The position numbers and the translations under genes were made by a program. The notes under the pieces were generated by a model. The model was not told the origin of the DNA. It saw only the letters and a program-made list of their open reading frames with translations, and did no database searches. DNA of 64,000 nt from a virus (taxonomy: Duplodnaviria; Caudoviricetes), in IMG/VR virus record IMGVR_UViG_2834368228_000004, positions 130,706-194,705 of that record; one strand, written 5' to 3'. Of this stretch, positions 58,160-64,000 are shown piece after piece. Each line of letters begins with the position of its first letter. Position 1 is the stretch's first letter.

Positions 58160-59240
58160 TACATCTTTTCAACAAATGATGAAGCAAATGGAGCATCAAA
58201 TGAGACAAGATCAAGACGCTTTTGTCTATGACAATGAGAATGATAAACGTATTCATATATCGGATCCTCATAAAGCATTAGGTGAGACATTTAACACTCA
58301 TGCAGAGCGCATGCTTCACCGTATTGGTCGTGTAGATAATTACACATGGAATAGAGATGAAAATGGTGGAATAGATACAGGTTTTACAGATTTTAACGAA
58401 TCTGTAGATGGTGGCTTGCAGCCTGGATTAATATTATTCGGAGCGGCTCCAAACGTAGGTAAGTCTGCTTTTATGCTACAAATGATGAAACAAATATCTC
58501 GATTAAATGAAAATGTTTATTGTGAATATCATTCTCGTGATGATAGTATCTACGAATTAATGCCGAGATACATAGCATGTGACCAGCACATTACCATTAG
58601 TCAGGCAAAAAATCCCAAAAAATATGCAGATGATGAAGAGATTATGCGTCTGCGTAATGAGGGTTTAAAAAACCTATACCGCTATTCAGACCGCTTTGTC
58701 ATGATGGATGCAGAAGAAAGCCCGCAAACCATTGAAGCATTAGAAGATCATATAAAGGATTTAAGAATGAATCTTCCTGAAGGTACTAGGATCGTATTAG
58801 GAATTGATAGTTTTTATGACCTGCAGACAGATAAAAAGTTTGGTGGAAATCAGCAAGAAGAAATTAAATACATCGCTAAAACTTTAAAGCAATATGCTCA
58901 AACATATGATTTAGTTGTTATGTGTACAGCTCATCTGCGTAAAACAGGGAACAAAAGGCCAATCAATGATGATTTAAAAGAAAACAACGTTATTGAGTAT
59001 GAAGCAAACTTATTGTGTTTGATGTATAACGAAGTAGGTATTAAAGAAGAAGGTGCTGATATTCATTGGATCAGCGAGGATTCTGAAAAGAAAATGCCAG
59101 TTGTTGAAGTGCGTTTCAGTAAGAACAAAATGGACTCTTACAAAGGGACTCGATTTTTTGAATTTATACCTGAGCAATCACTATTTATACAATCATCCGA
59201 AGAAGCGTCAAAACGTTATTCTTCACTAATCTATCAATAA
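58149..59240 (+). CDS. DnaB-like (SF4) replicative helicase
   Basis: IDTGF..GGLQPG, Walker A GAAPNVGKS, Walker B LGIDS, DLKE..IEYEA, SKNK. Confidence 0.85.
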   Translation: MQNDTSFQQMMKQMEHQMRQDQDAFVYDNENDKRIHISDPHKALGETFNTHAERMLHRIGRVDNYTWNRDENGGIDTGFTDFNESVDGGLQPGLILFGAAPNVGKSAFMLQMMKQISRLNENVYCEYHSRDDSIYELMPRYIACDQHITISQAKNPKKYADDEEIMRLRNEGLKNLYRYSDRFVMMDAEESPQTIEALEDHIKDLRMNLPEGTRIVLGIDSFYDLQTDKKFGGNQQEEIKYIAKTLKQYAQTYDLVVMCTAHLRKTGNKRPINDDLKENNVIEYEANLLCLMYNEVGIKEEGADIHWISEDSEKKMPVVEVRFSKNKMDSYKGTRFFEFIPEQSLFIQSSEEASKRYSSLIYQ

Positions 59241-59257
59241 TTTGAGGGGGAATTAAA

Positions 59258-59581
59258 TTGATTACACATTTTGTATCTAATGAGTTTTACAGCAGTATGT
59301 TAGAGGAGCTTGAAAATAAAAAGGAAAAAATAGCATTTATCTTGCAGCACTTTCCTGATACAAGAGAGAATGACAACCTACTATGTAGCATGTATTGGAA
59401 GTTGGTTGAAAATGTAGAACATGTTGACGATATCGCACGAGCTACTAAATCAGAAGTAATCCGAAGAGCAAGGCAAAAAATTCAAAACGAAAGAGGGCTA
59501 TACTTACCATCGGATCCAGATGTTATAAGGCGTCGTCGGTTAACCGCAATAGATATGAGAGAAAATATCCATACAGTTTAG
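59258..59581 (+). CDS. Hypothetical, possibly DNA-binding protein
   Basis: Small helical protein with basic EVIRRARQKIQ segment; RBS GAGGGG. Confidence 0.55.
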   Translation: MITHFVSNEFYSSMLEELENKKEKIAFILQHFPDTRENDNLLCSMYWKLVENVEHVDDIARATKSEVIRRARQKIQNERGLYLPSDPDVIRRRRLTAIDMRENIHTV

Positions 59582-59592
59582 GAGGGATTCTT

Positions 59593-60087
59593 TTGAGCAA
59601 ATCAACTCATTTGCAAAAATTCGTAGAAGATATGATGCGCCAAAAATTTATGCTTGATGATACACAAGCTAGCTATAAAAGAATGCAAAGCCGTATTCGT
59701 GAAAGAATTATAGATCAAAGTGAATTTATTAAAGAAGTAGCAGAAGAAGCTAAAGAACAATTTGTGTTCCGCAAAGAAGAAGATGAAGGTAATTTACAAA
59801 ACATTAATCAAATTATAATTGAACAGCATGAACTGATTGAAGCTATTGTAAGAGATGTTTACTTTCATATGCTAGAGTTATCAAGCTCTGAGATTAATAG
59901 TTCTGGATTTGTCACTCATATTATTACTGTAGATGAAAACACGGAATATGACAAAGAGAGCAAAGTTATTAAATTTGAGAATGCAGGCAGAGCAGAAATT
60001 CCAATTGCAACAACTCTTCGCAAGTGGTCTGATGCATCACAATTAAGAATACTTCCGAAAAGAAATAATGACAGGGGAGCTAATTAA
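59593..60087 (+). CDS. Hypothetical protein
   Basis: ORF with AGGAGG RBS. Confidence 0.6.
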   Translation: MSKSTHLQKFVEDMMRQKFMLDDTQASYKRMQSRIRERIIDQSEFIKEVAEEAKEQFVFRKEEDEGNLQNINQIIIEQHELIEAIVRDVYFHMLELSSSEINSSGFVTHIITVDENTEYDKESKVIKFENAGRAEIPIATTLRKWSDASQLRILPKRNNDRGAN

Positions 60088-60089
60088 AT

Positions 60090-61109
60090 ATGTTATTCTC
60101 TTACTATTTTGATACAGATAAGCAGCATGTTGTAAACTGCGGTGTAGATATTACATCTGTAAATGAAAAAGCCAGTCGTGAAGTCGAAATCATTTTCACA
60201 GCTTACATTGAAGAGTTGTCAGATGGCTTATTGTTGAAAAGAGAAAGCGTTAATCGTATTTTTACTTTTCCATTTAATCCTTCAGATTCATCTAATCATG
60301 ATATTGATTTTCTTCGCAAGCGATATGCAGATGAACAGAAGTGGATACTTGAAGTAAGGAATAACAAAAACTCTTCTCAAAATATTGCAATTGGGCTTGT
60401 TTCAGATACAGCGACCAGGAATCCGCTTGGTTTAGATATTATCCATGACAGTAATCTTTATGATAGTGAAGTTAGAGCAAATAACTTATCTGAAATAGAT
60501 CAGCAGGAAAGAGGGCCAATTATTAAACAAACAATGGCTTATGCTAACTTTACAGAACTTGGGTATCCTAAAGGTTTTATTTCTCGGACAGGACAGCAGG
60601 ATAATAATCTTAAGCTAATAAAGGCTAATGAATTTACACAAAACTTTTTAGAAGATATTCCAGAGAATGTTCCATTTGTTATAGAAATGAATATTGCTCC
60701 AGAAAGTTTTGATATGAAATACGAGGGCGACTCTTTTCTTCAAGTCAACGTCCCAGGATTAGGTGTCATGAAAGCCTATCAAGATAAAATTACTTATTTA
60801 AAAGACACACAATCTTCAGGACAGGAAATTGTTACCGCCTTTGATGAATTAAAGAATCTATCAGATTTTTATAGCAGCGGATTTACATCTGACTCTAACC
60901 TTTTAATCGAAGGTGATGGTAGAGGAAGTTTGGTACTTCGATATGGGAATAAGCAGATTCATACAACATACAATGCAGAAACTGTTTTAAGCGCATTTGG
61001 TATGAGGGGCGCTATAACAAGTAGAGCCATTGAGCTTCCACAAGAGTTGCTTTCAGAAAACTGGTTAAAGCATAAGATTGACAACATTCATGTATTTTAC
61101 AATAAATAA
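60090..61109 (+). CDS. Hypothetical protein (beta-rich)
   Basis: ORF with GGGGAG RBS. Confidence 0.6.
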   Translation: MLFSYYFDTDKQHVVNCGVDITSVNEKASREVEIIFTAYIEELSDGLLLKRESVNRIFTFPFNPSDSSNHDIDFLRKRYADEQKWILEVRNNKNSSQNIAIGLVSDTATRNPLGLDIIHDSNLYDSEVRANNLSEIDQQERGPIIKQTMAYANFTELGYPKGFISRTGQQDNNLKLIKANEFTQNFLEDIPENVPFVIEMNIAPESFDMKYEGDSFLQVNVPGLGVMKAYQDKITYLKDTQSSGQEIVTAFDELKNLSDFYSSGFTSDSNLLIEGDGRGSLVLRYGNKQIHTTYNAETVLSAFGMRGAITSRAIELPQELLSENWLKHKIDNIHVFYNK

Positions 61110-61124
61110 TTAGGAGATGATTTC

Positions 61125-61499
61125 ATGTTAATAGGACCTACAGTTTCAGTTGAAGAGCTAGAAAAGGCTATGGAAAATAAACAAACTGCTAATAAAAAAA
61201 CAGAGGATGTCATAATTGGTGAACTGGAAAACCTTTATGTCAAGCTTGGCACACTTGATAAATATATCTTTGAAGATGGTCAAAGAGTTTTAAATGAAAA
61301 ACATTTCAAAACCAAAACCCTCTATGAAGAAAAGGAAAAAGAATTAGAAGAAATCCAAAACAGTATCAGATTCATAAATAAAAAATTAGACGAAATTCAA
61401 GAGCTTGAAAACATGAAAGAAATTGAATTTGATAAAGCCAAAGAAAGAGTCACACTCACTTTAAATGATTGCATCCTGTTAGGTGTTGAGACTGACTGA
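61125..61499 (+). CDS. Hypothetical coiled-coil protein
   Basis: ORF with GGAGA RBS; heptad pattern. Confidence 0.6.
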   Translation: MLIGPTVSVEELEKAMENKQTANKKTEDVIIGELENLYVKLGTLDKYIFEDGQRVLNEKHFKTKTLYEEKEKELEEIQNSIRFINKKLDEIQELENMKEIEFDKAKERVTLTLNDCILLGVETD

Positions 61500-61843
61500 T
61501 GAATAAAATCGATCGTGATGCACTTAGAGAGCAATATGAAAAAACTAGGATAAAGCGTGTGGATTTAAATGCTAATAGTCGGGACGTTTATGGAAATGAA
61601 GATATGATGAACCTTCCAAGGCACCAAACAAATTGCCCAAGCTTTGTAGAATGTCCTATTGACTATAAGTGCAGAAATTATAATCCAACATATGTAGCAT
61701 GCGTTACATGTCCCCTTCATAAGACAGATGGAATTTGTCATAAGAAAGAGCTACATAATGAAAAAACTTACAACATGATTATCACTCGTCAAAGAGTTGA
61801 TATTGATAAAATCGATGCAATACGTAAGCTGACAAAGCATTAA
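61499..61843 (+). CDS. Cys-rich putative metal-binding protein
   Basis: CPSFVECPIDYKC..ACVTC..ICH; TGATG translational coupling with the upstream gene. Confidence 0.6.
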   Translation: MNKIDRDALREQYEKTRIKRVDLNANSRDVYGNEDMMNLPRHQTNCPSFVECPIDYKCRNYNPTYVACVTCPLHKTDGICHKKELHNEKTYNMIITRQRVDIDKIDAIRKLTKH

Positions 61844-61859
61844 AAAAGGAGAATTTTAA

Positions 61860-62324
61860 ATGACTGACATTTTTAAAAAAGAAATTGAAGAATTAGAGAA
61901 TATGGATTTTCAAGTATTTGTTAGTAATGCAATTCAAATTGCACCAGAAAGTTTTAAATCTGATGAGTCTTTAATTGAGTATACTCGCAAAGTATTTCGT
62001 GTTGTAGATGAAATGCTAGCAATTGATAGGATAACGGGTTATGTTCGTGACGCAATTCTTGCAGGTGTCTTGCTGTCAGACTTAGCTGTCAATGAAGACC
62101 CTAAATATAGCAGCATTCATCCTTTATTAGTAAGACCATTAATCGAGGACTTTAAAGGTGATTTAGCGGTTCAGTTGTGGGAAGCTACCTTGAATATTGT
62201 TGAAGCTCATGAAGGTTCTAAAACACCAATTGATAAACTTGCACCAAAACCAGGAACTCCTGAGCATTTAGTTGCTTTGGCAAATCAGATTGTTCGCTCT
62301 GAATCAATTGAAGTAAAAATCTAA
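61860..62324 (+). CDS. Degenerate HD-fold-like protein
   Basis: ILAGVLLSD (SD in place of HD), IVEAHEG, LVALAN. Confidence 0.45.
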   Translation: MTDIFKKEIEELENMDFQVFVSNAIQIAPESFKSDESLIEYTRKVFRVVDEMLAIDRITGYVRDAILAGVLLSDLAVNEDPKYSSIHPLLVRPLIEDFKGDLAVQLWEATLNIVEAHEGSKTPIDKLAPKPGTPEHLVALANQIVRSESIEVKI

Positions 62325-62341
62325 AATGAAGGAGTGTAACC

Positions 62342-62506
62342 ATGCATGTTGGTGATGTCGTAACATACTTTTACTTAAATTATGATTTTCAACACGTAAT
62401 TACGGAAGAAGATTTAAAGAAGGGTTATATAACGATCATACGAGAAGACATCAAATGCAAGATACACCTGCCATTACATCTATTAACAATCATTGAAAGG
62501 GGGTGA
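62342..62506 (+). CDS. Small hypothetical protein (54 aa, not in the ORF track)
   Basis: AAGGAG RBS; MHVGDVVTYF...; stop overlaps the holin RBS region. Confidence 0.5.
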   Translation: MHVGDVVTYFYLNYDFQHVITEEDLKKGYITIIREDIKCKIHLPLHLLTIIERG

Positions 62507-62511
62507 ACAAT

Positions 62512-62784
62512 ATGGAAAATGAAGTACTACAAGACGTTATGCTTACTGCAACTATACTTATACCAATACTTGCGGCATTAGTGGAAGTATTAAAGAAAGC
62601 AGTTAAGCTTCCAAAGAATTTATTGCCATTAATTAGTGTCGTTCTAGGCTTGATATTAGGAGTTGTTTCATACAAATTCACAGACCTTGATTTAGTCTTA
62701 AGGCTATGGGCTGGAGCGTTTGCTGGTTTAGCAGGAACTGGATTGTTTGAAGCACTTAAAACAAGGATTGGTACAACGAAATAA
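62512..62784 (+). CDS. Holin (small, 3 TM)
   Basis: LVEVLKKA..LLPLISVVLG..LWAGAFAGLAGTGLFE is typical of Bacillus phage holins; ATG 62512 behind AAGGGGG. Confidence 0.78.
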   Translation: MENEVLQDVMLTATILIPILAALVEVLKKAVKLPKNLLPLISVVLGLILGVVSYKFTDLDLVLRLWAGAFAGLAGTGLFEALKTRIGTTK

Positions 62785-62828
62785 AAATAAAATGCTCTCT
62801 ATATTTAGTGTGGAGGGCATTTTATTTT
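62784..62828 (+). terminator. Intrinsic (likely bidirectional) terminator
   Basis: AAAATAAAATGCTCTC...GAGGGCATTTTATTTT. Confidence 0.7.
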
Positions 62829-62843
62829 GTCAACATCTTGATT
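62796..62843 (+). promoter_or_regulatory. Tandem NrdR boxes
   Basis: TCTCTATATTTAGTGT (62796) and TGTCAACATCTTGATT (62828) both fit the core CwAnATnTwG, start 32 bp apart, and lie upstream of the RNR gene. Confidence 0.65.
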
Positions 62844-62893
62844 TATTTTTTATATGACTTATAATTATAGATACTGTTATGAAATGCATTACA
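62838..62893 (+). promoter_or_regulatory. sigmaA-like promoter plus palindromic operator
   Basis: TTGATT-16bp-TATAAT (62838/62860); TGAAATGCATTACA at 62880-62893. Confidence 0.62.
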
Positions 62894-62919
62894 ATTATGA
62901 TATAGAGGAGATATGAAAA

Positions 62920-64000
62920 ATGCGTGTAGAAACTGAAGTAAAGTATGATTTTTTAATTGATTACCTTGTTAATGAATCGTGTAGAGGTTTAAAAGTAGAT
63001 AAAGAGTTAATAAAAGATAAAGCTATGAAAGCTAACCCACTAGAAGAAGAAAAAGTATACGACACACTAATTAAAACAGCACTTGAAAACATTGACGAAG
63101 CAAATGGGGATTATACATACTTTGCTAGTAGAGTGTATTTGAAAAACTTATATAAACATGCTGCAAACAACCGAGGATACGTATTAAAAGAACATGCAAG
63201 TCCTTATGGTGACTTCAATGAATTAATTGCTACGCTTACTCAAGAAGGAATTTACAATCCAGTCCTAGAACAAAAATACGGTAAAGCTGAAATAAAAGAG
63301 CTTGGACATGAAATTAATCCTTACCAAGATTTACTTTTTGATTATCTTGGCATTTATACACTTTCTACACGTTACCTGGCAACGGACCATGACAAGAATG
63401 TATATGAGTTGCCACAAGAGCGGTGGATGATTATTGCAATGCATCTTATGCAAGACGAAGACCCATCAAAAAGATTAGAACTTGTTAAAGAAGCATATTG
63501 GGCTCTAAGCAATCTTTATATGACAGTTGCTACACCAACATTAGCAAACGCAGGAAAAACGCATGGGCAGCTATCCAGTTGCTTTATTGATACAGTAGAT
63601 GATGATCTTCATTCTATCTATGATAGCAACTCTGATATTGCTCAGATCTCCAAAAATGGTGGTGGTCTAGGCGTATATATGGGTAGAGTTCGATCAAGAG
63701 GAAGTTCTATCAAAGGATTTAAAGGAATGTCTAGTGGTGTTGTGCCATGGATTAAGCAGCTGAATAATACAGCGGTAAGCGTTGACCAACTTGGAGCACG
63801 AAAAGGTGCAATCGCTATTTACTTAGATATCTGGCATAAAGATATTGAATACTTCCTTGATTTAAAGTTAAACAATGGGGATGACCGCATGCGTGCCCAT
63901 GACATTTTCACGGGAGTTTGCTTGCCGGATTATTTCATGGAGCAGGTTGAACAGCGCGGTGAGTGGCATCTATTCGATCCACATGAAGTACGCCAAGTGA
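62920..64000 (+). CDS. nrdA: Class I ribonucleotide reductase alpha subunit, 3'-partial
   Basis: My translation from ATG 62920 (GAGGAG RBS) gives YELPQER, ATPTLANAG, QLSSCF, GGGLG, VDQLGARKGA, DIWHKDI. The frame runs off the window end. Confidence 0.92.
   Translation, partial: MRVETEVKYDFLIDYLVNESCRGLKVDKELIKDKAMKANPLEEEKVYDTLIKTALENIDEANGDYTYFASRVYLKNLYKHAANNRGYVLKEHASPYGDFNELIATLTQEGIYNPVLEQKYGKAEIKELGHEINPYQDLLFDYLGIYTLSTRYLATDHDKNVYELPQERWMIIAMHLMQDEDPSKRLELVKEAYWALSNLYMTVATPTLANAGKTHGQLSSCFIDTVDDDLHSIYDSNSDIAQISKNGGGLGVYMGRVRSRGSSIKGFKGMSSGVVPWIKQLNNTAVSVDQLGARKGAIAIYLDIWHKDIEYFLDLKLNNGDDRMRAHDIFTGVCLPDYFMEQVEQRGEWHLFDPHEVRQV

Larger units (their letters stand above)
1..64000 (+). mobile_element. 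Segment of a large myovirus-type phage/prophage (tail, baseplate, fibre, lysis, replication and nucleotide-metabolism modules)
   Basis: All credible genes are on the + strand and tightly packed. Baseplate J, gp25-like, spike-like, holins, Sak, primase, helicase and RNR are present; no host housekeeping genes. No integrase or capsid gene in the window, so lifestyle is undetermined. Confidence 0.92.

Noticed and set aside
62503-62514. Holin/antiholin dual start (GTG 62503 and ATG 62512)
   Set aside because: The extension has no basic residue, and the RBS fits only the ATG.
20-62681. Short minus-strand and nested ORFs in the track (e.g. 11056-11568, 32999-33418, 57481-57891)
   Set aside because: They overlap long + strand genes, show no recognisable motifs, and run against the uniform gene orientation.
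1-64000. CRISPR array, tRNA/rRNA, IS element, intron or intein
   Set aside because: Intergenic gaps are short with no spaced repeats or cloverleafs seen. The helicase and the visible part of RNR are uninterrupted.

Overview
The whole 64 kb window is one co-oriented (+ strand), AT-rich, gene-dense segment of a large contractile-tailed phage, prophage or phage-plasmid of a Bacillota host, judged from strong AGGAGG-type RBSs and sigmaA-type promoters. Order: (1) a >=2252-aa protein at the usual tape-measure position; (2) baseplate hub with cell-wall hydrolase domains, spike, gp25-like and baseplate-J genes; (3) about 39 kb of mosaic fibre/baseplate adhesin genes with discoidin, CLec-like, thrombospondin-C-like, PA14 and vWA domains; (4) a holin; (5) a replication module (Rad52/Sak-like annealase, AEP primase, DnaB-like helicase); (6) small genes, a second holin and a ribonucleotide reductase alpha gene cut off by the window end. 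Main finding: by manual motif alignment the first ORF is a single-chain two-barrel (beta + beta-prime) RNA polymerase with a KADSDGD catalytic loop. It is fused to an N-terminal DEDDh 3'-5' exonuclease and a C-terminal hydrophobic segment, has no cysteine, and lies in the tail module, so it is a candidate virion-injected RNAP that may also act as tape measure. A 14-bp palindrome TGWAATGCATTWCA recurs about 11 times, at promoters and inside genes, and tandem NrdR boxes precede the RNR gene. All domain calls come from reading motifs by eye; no searches were run.
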